Below are positions 1 through 14,923 of a DNA stretch of 35,493 nucleotides, one piece after another. The DNA lies in NCBI GenBank assembly GCA_000934665.2, contig KZ537957.1, positions 186,001-221,493 on the forward strand, read 5' to 3'. The notes under the pieces are model-generated. The model saw only the letters and a list, made by a program, of their open reading frames with translations, was not told the DNA's origin and ran no database searches. The DNA is from Catajapyx aquilonaris (Eukaryota). The position numbers and the translations under genes were made by a program. Position 1 is the first letter of the stretch; the number at the start of each line of letters is the position of its first letter.

Positions 1-3000
1 TACATCGCAAGTTTTTCGAGAGTCCTAATAATCGAACGCCTATCTGCATTTTAGTACGTTCAGTGCCTCCAACGTGGCGGAAAGGTCGTACTTTCCAAGA
101 CCCCATTTCGTGGATGCCGTTGATGACACGGGATACGAGCCAGTATGTCACTTTACACGTAGATGAGCCGTCTCTAGAAGTTCATTATAGCCGTAGAGAC
201 TTGGGTAGGAAAAATGTTCACACTGTACTCTTGGCAATAGTGCAAATTCGATGCATACCAGGTTCGAGAGTTATAGCTAATAAATTCGCGTTCACAATAG
301 GGAAGTATAGTTCAAGGCAGGGACTTTATCTCGCATGTCCAAAGAATGGCGTCAGTTTCATATTTGTGTTTTTCGCAGTACTGAAACAATAGGGGTTATT
401 GCGTTTTCGGATGCGTGTAGCACTTGCATTATTATGGGGGGGACGTGCCAAATTCCATGGACATCCATCACGCTGTTGTTTCAGGGAATGCAAGGCGCAC
501 ACTCTTATGCCATGATTGCCAGAAAACTGGTTCCAGATTACAGGAAATCAGTGGAGCGTGTGTGATGAAAAGGGTCAGCACTGGTGTTATGATGCGCAGT
601 TTGCTTCGGCTGGAGCTGCAGGTCAGATTTGTTGTTATTCAAACACAGGTCTCGTCAACAATACTTGCTTATTAAGGTGAACACTGTCCAATTTGCATAT
701 ACAAATTGTAGTATGCTGAGCCTGGGGGATTTTCTCAGAAACTGAAGTTATGGTACATGACGTCACACACATCCAGACGTTTCTTTTGAACCGGTTGTGC
801 CAGTTAATTAATCGGAAGTCCGAACACTTAATTTGCTCCATTTAAATACCACATATCTCAACGGCCATGATGATAGAAACCTCTCAACAACTGTTAAGAG
901 ACGTAGAAAGGAGGCAAAAAAGTGTGTCAAATAATAAGCGAAGGCCATCAAGTAGTTATTGGATTGTTGATATCCACTATTCGGCCAATGTCCCGTCACA
1001 AAAGCTTAACTTGAACCACGCTTTCTCCATCAAGGGCAGCATATGTTGTTTATTACGCCTTACTAGGTCCATCTCAATGATTTATTTTCCACACCCTACT
1101 TTTTCTGAATGAAGATTGAGTATCCCATGGATACACCCGAAGTAATAGTGTTGCCCCCATAAATTCAGGGTTTGGTCACAATATATGAGATTGAAACTTT
1201 CTTCCTGCTTGTGACACTAAGAAGGGATGAGCCAAGAGCAGTTTCCAGGAAGCTGGACCGCATCTTCCGTGTGCGTTGTTGCGTTTCCACGATGACTAGT
1301 TTCACTTTGTCAGTCGAATAAGCACAGCGTGCATCAAGACGTCCTTAACTAGGACAGTGTTTCAGGATGTAATCCATAATGAATGAATGTATTGCCCCGT
1401 CTGGCGGTTGTCACATTTTTGTGTACCGTTTTGCGGTGTTTGTCTTGACCTTACACGTATAGAGAAGAGTAGGTGCTATTAAGGGATCACTTTCATTTCT
1501 GAAACACTTGATTCCATTCAAAGGATACGCATAAGCCTTGTCCGTTTCGGACTAGTAATAAGGGGATGAGCCAAGCTGAACTAAATTGAACTTAAATGTG
1601 AGGGATTTTCTTATGGCGTTGAAAGGTCGGCGAAAGTATACTTAAGAAGGAGGGGAAAAAATAGAATGAAAAAAAAATTACGAGAGGACATGGAACCTTG
1701 AGCTCCAGAACTTTCACTTCGGATTTTTTGGTTATAAAACTCTGATTTTATTCACAGATTTCAGGATGGCTAAAAAGTTTTGCCAAAACGTCATCCAATT
1801 TGTGGTGAAGATGTCGCCATAAGCTAGACCACCGATTGCACAATTTTGACAATATTTTGACCCAAATTTTTGACAATCATTTGGTACTAGTATGCAATAT
1901 TTTGTATAGTTTTTTTAAAAAATCCAAGCATACTCGTACGACTTGTCCAGGGAATGTGCAGGAGACTTCATCGCGCGGATGGTAAAGGAACTGGTAATAA
2001 CGGTTTCCGAAAGAGCTGTTTAAAAAAAATTATGCTTTAAAAAAATCCTGCTTAGGAAACGGATCCAAGCTTCTCGGAGGTCACGAAACCAACGACCGTG
2101 TCTCTGCCACACAGTATTTACTAACTGCAGCAGTCATACTTACAGCACCGTAAAGAACTTATTTTTGCGACGTATTTGCTGGAAACTGTATTGTTATAAA
2201 CAATCGTGTGATCTGGAGGCAGCGAAAAGGGCAAGTGGGGCAAGTTCACGACTTTGTGACCTACTTAAGTGTCGTAATTATGACAGCATTAACTTTACAT
2301 CCGCACTGTTCTAGTTGGGCTGTGTACATATACACACATAATTACAAGTACAGTTAGAACCTGGCCCATATGTGGAGGAGCATATGAAGCTGTCAGCCTT
2401 CAGTTGTTGACTGTCCCAAGGCCTGTCCCCAACAATACCAGAGCGGTAACAGTCCAGGAATGCCAATTCGCGTTGGTCCCGTGCGGTGGCAAGTGCAAAA
2501 TAGAAATGGAAAGTAAAGCGCCTTATTGTAGGTCAAGGAGAATCGGGCGGACCAGTAAGAGTAAGGTCAGCATCAACCAAAGGGGCCAGTGACCACCATA
2601 GGGGCAAATGCAGCAGGAAGTACCCTTCTTCCCTCGTCACCCTGATCCGATCTGGCTGGAAGGTGACTTCCTTCCAGAAATGACTCTGAGGTATAGCCTT
2701 CGTTTCACGCCTAATTTCAAGCATTGCGAACCAAGTGAAAGTAACTGGTTCCATCCTGATTGAAACCCTGAACCAGCACTCGTTGCACACGATGTTTCCG
2801 ATCTTCTGTCGCGACCGTGAAATTCTTGCGAGAGATGGAACAGCCCGATGCGATGATAGAACAATAGGTGTTGCAGAGTTATTCCGAAATATTGTTGATG
2901 ACGAGAAAATGTTTTCTGGGGGAGGTAGAACGGTACTGCAATATTCAAAAATGCGTGTACTGTTATATGGCGTTGAAAATAAGTTCAGCATGCAGAATCG

Positions 3001-6000
3001 TGTATACCGAAAGTGCGGAAGTTATCCACCGTTCAATTTTATGTCCAGGGTAGCATTCGAAAGGCACCTGTACTATTCTGATGATCTACTGGATGGAAAA
3101 CTCTTGTCGGATGTACAGGACATCCGCACTATTTTCATATTTTTAGCTTGAATGGTATGGCCTCACTTGATTCATAAATAGAACGTAAGTGATCATTAGG
3201 GCCTGCTTCATGCGGTAAACCACCCTCCTTCAGGATGAGGATAATGATGATACTCAGGTTGAATAGCAATTGAGACCATATTTTTCTCAGCAGTGTTGCT
3301 TCCGTTTTTTTTATGTTGCTTGTTAGTAGCCCAACTTATAATCCGGTAATGCTTTCTCCGGGTTGTGGTTCAAGCAGAAATCGTAAAAGGTGGGAATATT
3401 TCACCGCATCTTCACAGTGAAAGTGGAACTATACAGTAGTACTAAATCTGTCTTCCCAAAGCAAATATTACCACCATAGAGATTTGATGACCATGCTATT
3501 GAAAGATTTCCCCTAGGCTACGAGGGTGAAAGCAATTTGCTGCATGCGAAAATGGGGTTCAGAAGATTAAATCAATTGCACTGGAAGGGTATATTTACAC
3601 TATTGAAGGTCCTACAACTGGTACTATTTTGCGTTTCTGGGGCACATTAGCATAAGTGCTATAGCAAAACAAGGTGGGGGTACCTTCAGGCGGAGGGTGT
3701 TATAAAGGTGTTGGATTGTGCACTCTGCGATAGCGACAATTAACGATCTGGCCCACGGGCGTATCCTGCTTCATACTATACACTGTGGGATATATTTCCC
3801 AGCTGGATCGTACTCCTAACTGTGCACTTAGCAATTTTTACTAGAATTGATAAAATTTGCAACAACTGTTGAGTAGGGTGTGAAATTTTCATGGAACTGA
3901 CTTATATTCACATTTAGCAAGTTGATTACATCACAAAGGTACAGCTCCCATAGGCACGTAGAATTTAGTGGCTTTAGGAGCATAACTTGTGGAACTTGGC
4001 GATCCTTGGCCTAAAATTAAGCGCATAGCCTTCTTTAAAAGTGCACACTAGAAAGTTGTAAAATAAATAATTGGAGGGCAGACATGCTTCAAACAGTGGA
4101 TTGAGGAAATTTCAACTTTTTTTTTAAAGGAGCAATTTGCATGTAGACATGATAATTTATTTATTTATACTAATGCATGTCGAACCTTCCCATGCAGTAC
4201 TGCTCAATTTCACGGCCTACCTTTTTGGAAACCCCCAAATTTGACGCACTGATGTTCTTTTTAGCATTTTTGCTTTCAAGTTCAAGACGGCACAAATACA
4301 TGCAGAAATTTTTTAGCATGATTCATAATTTATCAGAACCTCCAACTCTGAATTCTGAAACAATTTTATTAAATCAAATAATTATGTGAAACTTGCATTA
4401 CTTGATATGTGTACATATATTTCATAGTGTCACCAAGTCAGCAGCTATATTTGGGTATAGTAAGGGTGATTAATTACCCGCATTAGGTGGCACCACCCGC
4501 AAGTTGAACCACAAGATTTTCTTCTCCAGTTAGTTAATTCTCTGCATAGTAAATAGGGCGAGCCCGCCATAATTTGCACAAACTCCAGTGTTTCGTACTG
4601 ATAAGGAAGTTTCGGGGGTATAGGAGAGACTCCCGAGAGGTTCTTTGTCCTGGCAACAAAACTGCTGGCCGTGAATAACAAGTACGGGGGGTGGGGAGCC
4701 TGTTTTAACTCGCATAAGACGCGAAAAAGCCGAAATAATGAGCGGTCATCAATTACACCCCATAATGAGGAAGGTTCGAGATAACTGTTGTGATGTTATA
4801 ACTGTTATATTCACAAAGAATAGTGTGCGCTTCACAGTATCGTCACGAGGTCACAGATTATTTGTATTACCTTCACCCCCTTTCTTATATGTGACACCAT
4901 CCAAAAGACAACAATGCCAAGGATTTCGTTGTATTTAGACGTCAACGAGTATGTGACCTGACCTACGTTGCCTGCGCATCATTGTTATATGATACAGGTA
5001 GAAGGCCTTGACCACAGTTTCTACATCTGTAAAAGAGGTCAGGTGTGTGAAGCTGTGTCAAGGAAACAATTTTTCGTGGGTCCAAACCACATTTTAACAC
5101 TTGTCTAAACCGCAAGAACAAGGTTAGACACCTGCAAAAAAAAAAAACAAGTGACAAGTGTGGCGAATTTTCTCTCGATAATTTTGGGCAGGGAAAGTAA
5201 AAGAGTTACATGGCATGACATAGAGGTTTCCCTCTTCTTAGGGTAGCATGGTGATGTCGCAATTGGTCCATTTCTTATCTACCGATCTGACAAATGTTTC
5301 CTTGCAGTACCAACCATAGAATTATCATTGACACGATAAAACAATTCGGTCAAAAGGTTCTCTCGAAGAACTGTTTTGCGCAGGATCTTTTCTGAACATT
5401 GAGGAAAACCTGCTGGGAGGGAAGTGAAAGTACAAATTTTTGTCCTCTCACTTTCGTTCTGGTGTGACGCACATTTTCGGTGCTGCCTAGGCTAATGGCC
5501 CTTTACCAACCACGTTTGTTATCTAACATTTCGGTAACGTGTTATGCAGTAGAAAAAAATAAACAAATTCATTATGACAAGGTGGGGAAATTAATGATGC
5601 ATACACAATGCATCGTTGTTGCAATCAAATTCTTGAGGCTTAGTCGACAAAAATTTGTTGATAATTGCGGTCATAAACTATTTAAGATTTTCACTATTTT
5701 TTTAAAAAAGGGAAGGCCTCAGCACGCATTGTATGAGCGAACATCTTATTTTGCCTGGGGAAAACGCGGAGAAGATCGTAATTCATTGATCCGAGAAAGG
5801 GGTTGCTATCTCGGTCATTAGCAGTTGTTGCTAAATCATGTGCCGTTTTTTTTAAAAAAGATATAGTACCTGAAAGGAAGCTGTAAATCACGATGCAATA
5901 GTGCAGTCTGTGTCATTTTGTGCACTTACGCACGTGAGAAATCACCAAGTCATTAAATTATGCAATAGTGTGAATCACTCCGCGTCATAGCATCCATTAC

Positions 6001-7012
6001 CTAAGCGATATACGGATTAAAGTTAATTAAATCAAAGCAAGTCCGCCAGTAAATCTGGAAATACCCGTACTTCTAGTACATCCATTTGTCGACCAGCATT
6101 TCCTTTCATGCGCATAAGCATAGGTCATGGAAAGGCCCCCCATCAGGAGTCAAATATCAAGTTGCTTACATGTTACAGTAAGTCACGATAGTTGCACTTT
6201 CTAAACCAAACTTAATCGCCATTGGCTCGTTCCAGGTTATAAATTGGAAAACATTTAGGAGGCTGTTTCACTCTTTCTTACAGGGACATGCCTCTTTGCT
6301 GTTCTTCTGCCGGTGATTATCGGACTGTTTAATAGGGCTATTGGCGAAATAAACTGGGCCAGAATTTCCATTTCAAACTCGAGACCCGATTCTTCGCCGT
6401 TGAAAACGGGCCATGCTTCACCTTGAACTATGACCCGACCCAGCCCGTTAACCCTGTCAGGTCGGGCCGCCCGATAAACACGACCACGTGACTCCTAATA
6501 TTCATGGCCGACAATTCACATGAATTGCACAACCCTTTATAATATTTAAAACGTTTTTTTATGTATTATCCTCCTGACCCACTGGCTGAGTCGGTCGCCA
6601 AGTTTTTGCTTGGTAACCGGTTAGTCTCGGAAGAATTAGACAAGAAATAGCATGTGCTGTGTCGCATAGAAGTCTGAATTTCTCCCCCGGTAGTTGTGTA
6701 ACTTTTATAGTACCGTAAACGCAACGTGTGGGGGCGATGAGCAGACCTTCACAAGTATGTGAAAGCAATGAACAGTTTGTCACTGGAACACTGTCCACAC
6801 CGTTAGGTCGTGCCTTGCACCGAACATTAACCGATTTTTCCAAGAATCGGTGGAATGGTTGGCCTTATTAGTGACCCACAACAGTTGTTTGTAAACACCT
6901 CCTAAAAACCTGTGTTTTTTTCCCCTTGGGCCACCAGACCCTGTACCATCAATCAATCCCGTTAGACGGTGTTTATAAAACACCTTGTTGGCGGTTGTTT
7001 GCATTGGGGGGT

Positions 7013-7025
7013 NNNNNNNNNNNNN
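7013..7025. other. Assembly gap (13 N)
   Basis: Run of n characters between G-rich flanks. Confidence 1.
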
Positions 7026-9564
7026 NGGGGCTCCGTCCCCGTGGCAATTAGTGGCCGAGGCCCATTGGCTCGGTTTTATTGCCCCAGCGCCGTAACGTGC
7101 TGACCAACGTGCGACTAATTACGAGGCCTGCCGCAGCCTCAAGTGCGCACATATAGACTTTATAGAGAATGGAAGGGTTCATTTGGAGCTTGGCAGATTT
7201 GTTTTTTTTTTTTTTTGCGAAAACCACTATTTCTGGTTATCTGTATGAAACTAGCATTGACGTAATTTATTTGGCTAATTGAAGTAGAGCGATTCAAGTT
7301 GGTGATGCATATTGAGGACAAACATGTGGAAAGTAAGTGAGATGAGTTGTCAGCAATTTATGTATTTGCACTAGAATTTGAAAATAATTGCGGCGGTTAA
7401 ATCTAACTTTCACAACATTGCGCTGAAGCGTACGTTTCAGTACCGGTGTTAGACACGGCTCATTGCAAGCAGGAAGTAAACACCGTACTGGACTTGTGAT
7501 GAAATCTGCACGTTGACAACACCCATGTTTTTCGCCTGCCCCATATTCAATATTTTTTTTCATAACAATTTTGGACTTAACATGTTATACGCATCGTTTA
7601 GTCTTTTGATTTGAAAGGGCTTATTGACCCGCATTTTGTTGATCTGGATTTTCGGCACTTATGCAGCATGTCAAGGATTTATGTGCTAACTGCATTGTCC
7701 TAACGCGTTCGAACTAGGCTGACACGTTCTTGAAGTCAATCGACTAGACCTGGTTGTGCATGCGCAACTTTGCACGCAGTCATGTAAAAAAAAGTGTTGG
7801 CATATAAACACACTTTTTTTTTCTTCATATGGAACTCTTCGTGTAGTTAAATGGGACTAATCTTAAGACGTCCATAAATTCAGAAAATGTGTGAAATTGC
7901 AAGTTCATGATTTAATGCAAATATTTTGTTTTCCCTGGAACATATCGTTCGTCTTGGATCATTTTTGGCATAGTTTTCGCAAAATTAATTTTAGTGGGTT
8001 ATTTTCACAATTTTCTCCACTTTTCACCCAATGTTTTCTGCTGTGTTTCTCTTTCAATGGATCAATTCGTATATTTTTTTTGTCACTTTCAGCAAAATAT
8101 TTCCGTGAAATTATTTTAGTGGAAGTACAAATTGAGCTGAAATATTATTTGTGGACTAGATAACATCAAATGTGAATTTTGGACATTTCATATATTTTCC
8201 AGGTGTTACAGGCATGCAACTTTGTATGTCCGTGCATAATAACAAATCACGAACAGAATAGCTAAATAACTGCTGTTCAACTGAGCGTGGAAGTTCTCAC
8301 ACGGGGTTTTGCCCCCTGTTCTCATCCATTCAGTTTCCTGACTGCGACCTTGGTTGACTTGCAAATCACGAAGCGACTTTCGCATGGAATCCCGTTCCTT
8401 TTCTTCCCGCCGAATCCATGACCCGGGGTAACGGGGTAACACGGGCAAAAGTGGTGGACTCCACCGAAATAATTGGGGTGAATCGGCTGGGAGGGAAAAA
8501 AATTTAACAAGTCTGACCAGTTTCTCCAAATGGGTGCTTATTATGGTATGCAGATTTCTGACAATTTGGAATCGGGCTGTAGGTTAGTAGTCCATCGAAA
8601 GAGCGCGATTTTTTTTACAGGATTTGTTATACACCCTGTAGTAATCTGGCGCTCAGAAAATTACATCCTTTTTTTTTTTTACAATTTAGTGTAGGTCGGG
8701 AATGAGGTCAAAATTGTTTCCTGCATAGTTAACCTTGTCATCGGGGCCGATATGTATCATTAGGAAGTTCAGGGCAGGAGTGACCTTACCTCTAGGTTGG
8801 AATCGCCCAAGGAATGACCTCCCGAGGCAGCGGATGCATCCCTGTTAGTAATCAATGGGTGGAGGTGCTATCGATAGAAGCCTTGGCCCCATCGTGATGG
8901 GGCTTCTAAGAGTGGTGCAAGGATCTAAGTAATTCATCCTTTCACTTTCACTCAAGATAAGGATAAAATTTATTAGGAATTATTACCTGCGACATGTCAC
9001 GACCTAGGTCCCTATACATAAGTCCAAAATGGTTGGTAAAACCCGTTGGATTTAGTCTCCAAGGTAAATATATATATAAAAAAGTGGGTGTTGAGACGCC
9101 ATGACGTTACGGATTATTAAAAGGTTACAATTACCTTGAGTCCCTAATTTTTCCTGGTGTTTCGATACAGTTGTAACCTTGGGTGTTACCAACCTGAGTT
9201 CGTGCCCTCAAAGTAGCGGAAATGCAATATTTTTCACCATCGACGTTCTGGTGTCATTAAAACCACAAGCCTACAATTAACACTTTCTAGCCCGAAATAG
9301 GCGCTAAACAATATAACCTGTCACATAATCAGACTTTTGGCGACATATCTTGAGGTGAAAGGCTTTACGCAACATGTACACACCGGAAAATAAATGGAGC
9401 GAGGCTACACCTGTAGTGTGTCAGGCAAGAATCGGGCCAACTAACAGACACAACAAAGTAAAATTGACCGCTTTTCTGGTCACAAGGTTATGAAATTTGC
9501 ACCGTCAGTGACCTCCGTGCAGTGTCAGGGTGGTTCTAATTGCAAGTCATCTTTTTATTTACAG

Positions 9565-9747
9565 GGCCGGAAGGCATCTGTCGTTGATACCTGGCAACTA
9601 TGAGATGAGCGACATTATAACACATGACCGATGGGTGGTATTGTCTTCGGAACGAAACGACACCGAGTTCCCGTGTTCACTGGTGGAGGTCAGCATCGAA
9701 TCTGGATGGAGACCATTGGTGCTGGGAGACGAAGTGCATTGCTGCAG
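9565..9747 (+). CDS. STELLO/DUF288-like glycosyltransferase-family gene, first recognisable internal exon (true first exon not found)
   Basis: Acceptor ttttatttacag|, donor gcag|gtacga. Translates ...HDRWVVLSS...SGWRPLVLGD, resembling the STELLO N-terminal 'KWIVV...GW.V.AIG' segment. Ends in phase 2, matching the exon at 13063. Confidence 0.75.
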
Positions 9748-12700
9748 GTACGAGCACGCTTGACCTTTTCAGTGGACAACCCTGTACAATGGGGGTTGTC
9801 CCCGGATACAACACACCAAGGACAGGGCTTGGGGTTTCACGGAAGTGCATGGTTGCAGCAAAATCCTTGGTGGATCGTCTTTTTTTCAGGGGGAAGACCG
9901 AGGTCAGCGGGTCAAATTATTGTTATTACCTGTTAGTGTTTACTTCATTATACATATGTCGCAAATTGAATGATATAGTTGCGGTTCCAACCGGTATCAG
10001 TGTGCTACTTAAGTACATGTACGACTGGTGCGTCACGAGATTTATATTGTGTCCTTATCGCGTTTATGGATCTACGTCACGAAAAGATTAGTCCGTATAC
10101 ATATTAGACTTAATTGCATGTGCTTAGAAGCGGGATTTTCCTAAGGCCTTAGGACTGTTCTTCGAATTTTTGTAGTATGTTTATCCCAAGAAGGTGGTTC
10201 AGCATCCTAGTTTGCATTCTTCATTGAATTTTAGTAGACTAGTAGAGTATGTACAGGAAAACAAGTAGTACTATTAATATAATTCGCTAGAAGCACACTT
10301 GACCTGATTCGGATGAAAAATGTAGCTCGTTAGTTTTAAAGCGTAAAAATGTGCGACACCTACTTAAGATTTTAATTGCCTACTTGACTGCAATTAGCAT
10401 GCTCATATGCAGAAAATTACATTAATTAACCACTAGGTATTAGAAATTAAAACACCTTGACACGTGTACCTACTGTATATTTGTGACGTACCAAGTGATC
10501 GTAAATGATAAGGTCAACAGTTTGTGACGAAATTAGACACACGTTGCGGTTGTCGGTTTCAATTCACTTGCATGCAAAGAAATCGACTGTCTATGTACAG
10601 CTATTACTACAAAGGCTTAACCTTGAATTTAGATACAGTTTTTTTTGTAGCCTCGCTCGTGCCAATGACAACCTAGGAGTGATATGCAATTTTGTATTCT
10701 GGAGCAGGCTTGACTTTGAGGAAGCAATTGTACCACAGGTGTTCTAATTGAGAGTCATTTGTGTACCCTATTTTTACATACCCTTGAGGCTCAAACCTCC
10801 TTGACACTGGAGGGTCATTATTACTGTACTTTTTCCCTCAAAAAGTCATTGTGAAGCTACCTTAATGGTACGGTACCGGCATAATAATATTCGGCATTTC
10901 GTATGTCCTTCTGTCGGAAACGGGTTAGGAGGGTGGGTACATGGGTATTCCGAAGTCGTAGTTCACCTTGAACGGTACCGAGCTTGGATCCATCTCCAAG
11001 GTGGAATAGCAATCAAATTGCCTTTATAAATATCCTCATATAGACACGGGGTTGTGCAACAATCAGACCCCCTTTTTCTGGGTATATTTATAAGGATTAT
11101 AAGGATCCGGCTGGAAGGTCGTGTAAAATTGTTGACAAGGACAAGGGTAGTGAATGTGTAAATAATCGAATTTGTGTTGGACCGGGTCCACTAGCCTCCC
11201 TGTAATGAGCCGAAAATTCGCTGATGAAACGCGTTTAATTCCCCGTCTAATATGTGACAATGTCAATTAAAACCGCTGTTCAAATCGTGATTATAGGATG
11301 AAACCGCTCTCATATGTCTGTTAATTGATTACTGTCAATTAGCACGTCGATTGGTGGCCGGCAGTAATTGGCCAAATGGTACAGGATGTTGCAAATACTA
11401 ATTGCAACTTGGTTTTCAGTGCACTCATGCCAAAATTGTGTCCAGCACCCAACTTGAATTTTGCAAGCATCTAGGGGTGTAAATAAGTGATCTAAGCTAG
11501 TAATTATCTCTCACCCAGAGGAACAATTAAGTAATGGGCTTCATTCAACCATAATGCATTATTACCTCGAGTGTCATTAACCCACTTTCTCATCCCCCTG
11601 AATATTTACGGCGCATATTGCGCTGCCTGGAGGAAGATTCCAGGTTATGCCCGGTTTCATCTTGGAAGAAGCAGACTCCAGAGGATTATGGTGTAATGTG
11701 CTCTCCACAAAATCTGGTGGATGCATGGTAAAGATCGTTGGAACGCGCATGCGCAGGATCCTGACTGGACATGCTCAGGCTTGCCGGTCGCCATTTTTGG
11801 GACCTTGAACCGACCTGAAATCTTTCAGGGACTATTCTCTAGCTGCAATAAGCACGACTGGTTTTATTAGGGGCAGAAAAAAAAAATAGGGGATAGAAAC
11901 TTTTCAGGAGCTGGAGCTTTATTATACGGCGGGAATGACCCTCAACCGCACCCAGTCCTTTCTGAGGCCCGATCCTATTTTATGTGATCGGTTTTTCCAT
12001 GTGTGAATGGCGGGTGTACGGACCTGAGTGGCTTTTCCAAACTCATGGGCGACTGTTGCAAGGCTCGTCACTCTGAAGTCGTATAGCTCGAGCCAATGGT
12101 GACCCCTTTTTTCCTATTTCTTGTGGCCCATACGGTGATATTTCGACAATAAATCAGCGCTTTTCTGGTGTACTTTGATACCGTACTGTGAGAGGAAACA
12201 GCGGGGTGAGTTATATCGGAAATGCGATGCCATGCAGAATTTCACGCTATTAAAGTCAGACTGGCATAATGTATAGGTGAAAGCAGTGCTAAACTTGCAA
12301 GTATAACGACGGTCATGTCGAATTCCTTGGTATGCATTGGGCGTCAACAGAGCATGCAACCGTTGATTGTAATTGTGCATAAGATTCCTGGAGTATTAAT
12401 TGCTAGTTGACCCGTAAACCACACAAGAGTGGCTTAAAACGTCTCAATTTGCTTTCCGTGTAATTAGGTTTGAAACAATAGCGACTCCAGAGAAACACAT
12501 ATAAAAGGAAACAACTAGTGGTGACGCCATACAATAAATGAGGTAAGCCGGAATCGGCAAATCGCCTTCTTCACGCTTTCCGGTCACGAGAGTGAAACAT
12601 GTGAAATGTAAACACGCAACTAGCGCGATTTCACTCAGAACGACTTGTTTAAACTTCATATTGTGAACCAGAAAAGCGCGAGTTTCCACGAATATCGCTT

Positions 12701-13062
12701 GTCACAACTGGCCCGAATAAATCAAGGTACCTTTATATAGGGTACAAGTTTTCAACAAAAGAACGCGATCCCTCCGTAGTTCTAGGTCATTATCGGGGTC
12801 ACCTTGTCATTGGCTAGATGGCATGCGCGTAAAGATGTACTGTGTGAACTTGGCTTCTTCTCGCATGCACACTGCCTATTATTTTGCAAGAACTTTGATC
12901 GTGGCCTTCTCAGGGTGGCGTGCCTTGCCCTTGAGACGATGGGTTGACCTACTGGCTGGAATCTTCAGTTTTACAATCAGCGAACTTTCTATAATATATT
13001 CAGTATATGCGAAAACTGGTTTTGCTCAGGCCTAAAATAAATGCGATGTTTTGTCTCCATAG

Positions 13063-13465
13063 CAAACCCAAGTGTGTTCTTCTTCATCGACTGAAGAGAG
13101 CCCAGCAGTTCTTCCATGTCCTGCCTCACCTGGAGGCTTCCTTGGAGTCCTTACGCAATTTGGGGTTCCTGTATGCCATCCAGCATGGTGCCAGGTTCGT
13201 GTTCGATGCATACACGGACGTCTTCGAAGATGCGGGTGTCCCTGTGCACCAGTACAAGCGGGAGATGAAGAGGCAGATGCAGTCTTTAACTCTGGACGTA
13301 TCTTTAGGCCTGGTGTACGAAAAACCGTACACTCGCCGGGTGTACAATCCATACACTCACTTCGGACGATCTGAACTTTGGACACATGGCTTCAGGCCTA
13401 TAAGAAGCCGTGAGATCTTCCAGTCATACCGAATATGTGAAGCCAGACCACCATCAATGGAAAAG
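13063..13465 (+). CDS. STELLO/DUF288-like gene, internal exon
   Basis: ctccatag| acceptor, aag|gtaatc donor. RNLGFLYAIQHGARFVFD and VYNPYTHFGRSELWTHGF match the STELLO motifs 'KN.GYL.AIQHGAK.IFD' and 'NPY.HFG...WPRG'. Confidence 0.88.
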
Positions 13466-14923
13466 GTAATCACACGTGCTGACTAATAAAGTCAACGACT
13501 TCCAGAACCAATCCACGTCCCACTTCCGATTCTTTTTCCTCGAAACGGAGGTCAATATTTAGTTTTAATCTTGTCCTACTGACCCTGAAAGGGAAAGCCC
13601 GACATGTTGCGCATGAGAAGCAATCCAGGTTACCAACTCCGTAAATTCGAGCCTACATCTTAACAGGTGAGAGAGATGTATAAGAAAAAAAAAATGGGCA
13701 CGTGATGGGCCACATTTCTCACTCAGACAAGGGTGAAAATATTGTCATTGTGATTCAGTCGTGCGTGTAACAGCCAGTGACCACTTATCACTTGGGACAG
13801 GAAACTGGATGACCTTCGTCGTAATATTGTGGCTAGATATCAAAAAATTGCGATTTTAGATGTAAAAAGTGGTTACATAAAAGAAGCGATGGATCAGTGT
13901 CACATGTGTTGCGGCAGGTTGTTGACATACGCGTACTGTAGATGTTGATTTGTTGTTTTGTTGGACAAACATCTGTGCCAACAAATTCCATCGGGCTTTG
14001 ACGTGAAAGTCGCGATGACAGGCTTATAATGACCCCGGGTGTTTATCCACCACTCACAGTATGTGTGTCACGGGTTAAAGTTTAATTGAGTCTATTTTGG
14101 GACAATGCCATGTATTGATGGGAACAACATTGTGAAGTATCAGCAGGCTCGATTTGAAACCAGTCATAAGATTAGGTGTTCTAATATGCAAAATTTCAAG
14201 TTTTGATAGATTTCTAAATGGCCCGTTTGTACTGTAAAGTTTGCAGAAAAAAACTTGTTGTACCAGTATGTGCAGTCAACAATATTTTGAACAATACCTT
14301 GACCTGATAATTTGATTCGGCTTAACTCCTGCGCACTTCGCTTACATCACACAAAAAATATGGCATGCATAGCCAAAGGAAATTCTTACGTTAATTTCCC
14401 ACAGTAAAGAATAAGTTCCGGTTGCTTCATTTAATTTTTTCCCCCTCAATGATACATCAGAGTTACATCAGCGCACCTTGGCATTCATCTTAAGCAACAC
14501 ATCTTGGAAGTTAGCCAAAGTGAAATATCATGAAATGCATTCTGCACATATGATTCGGCATGTTTTTTTTTTCCTTTAAAAAAAGGCTCAGAAATAACAA
14601 TATGCACTTTCCATCCATCCATCTGACAAGAGCAGGATGAACATTGTTAAGCTGCAACACATTATAGTATTCAACGTCACAACCAGAGCGAGAAATTGCA
14701 TTCCCTGATTCGTGAGGCAGGACTTCCTCAGGCATACATTTCGTGTCGCTTTTTTTTTTCATTCAGTGTGTTAACAATGAGAGACCTGTCATTCGCTTTC
14801 AACAGGGTCGTCGACATGCTGAAATTGAATCTGCGCGCAAAAATGCGGGTGTATTCTCCGAAAATGGAAATTGTAGACAAACAGTGTTGTGAAACAATTG
14901 GCTGATTGTTATGCACATTTCAG

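Noticed and set aside
63..1112. Cluster of short ORFs at the start of the window
   Set aside because: No homology recognised, no consistent splice structure and frequent stops.
2404..3300. Overlapping 138-152 aa ORFs on both strands, plus a possible phase-2 exon at 2404-2531
   Set aside because: No recognisable motif, stops in all extended frames and a weak donor (gtcaag). May be a decayed element but cannot be supported.
6284..6426. Hydrophobic stretch (TCLFAVLLPVIIGLF) after a good acceptor, as the missing signal anchor of the STELLO-like gene
   Set aside because: No convincing donor before the in-frame stop.
10974..10992. GGTACCGAGCTTGGATCCA resembles the KpnI-SacI-BamHI cloning polylinker
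   Set aside because: One mismatch destroys the SacI site and the flanks do not continue as vector, so this is probably chance.
11744..11800. GCGCATGCGC and CGCCATTTT (NRF1- and YY1-like words) suggesting an intronic promoter
   Set aside because: Short motifs with no associated gene or other support.
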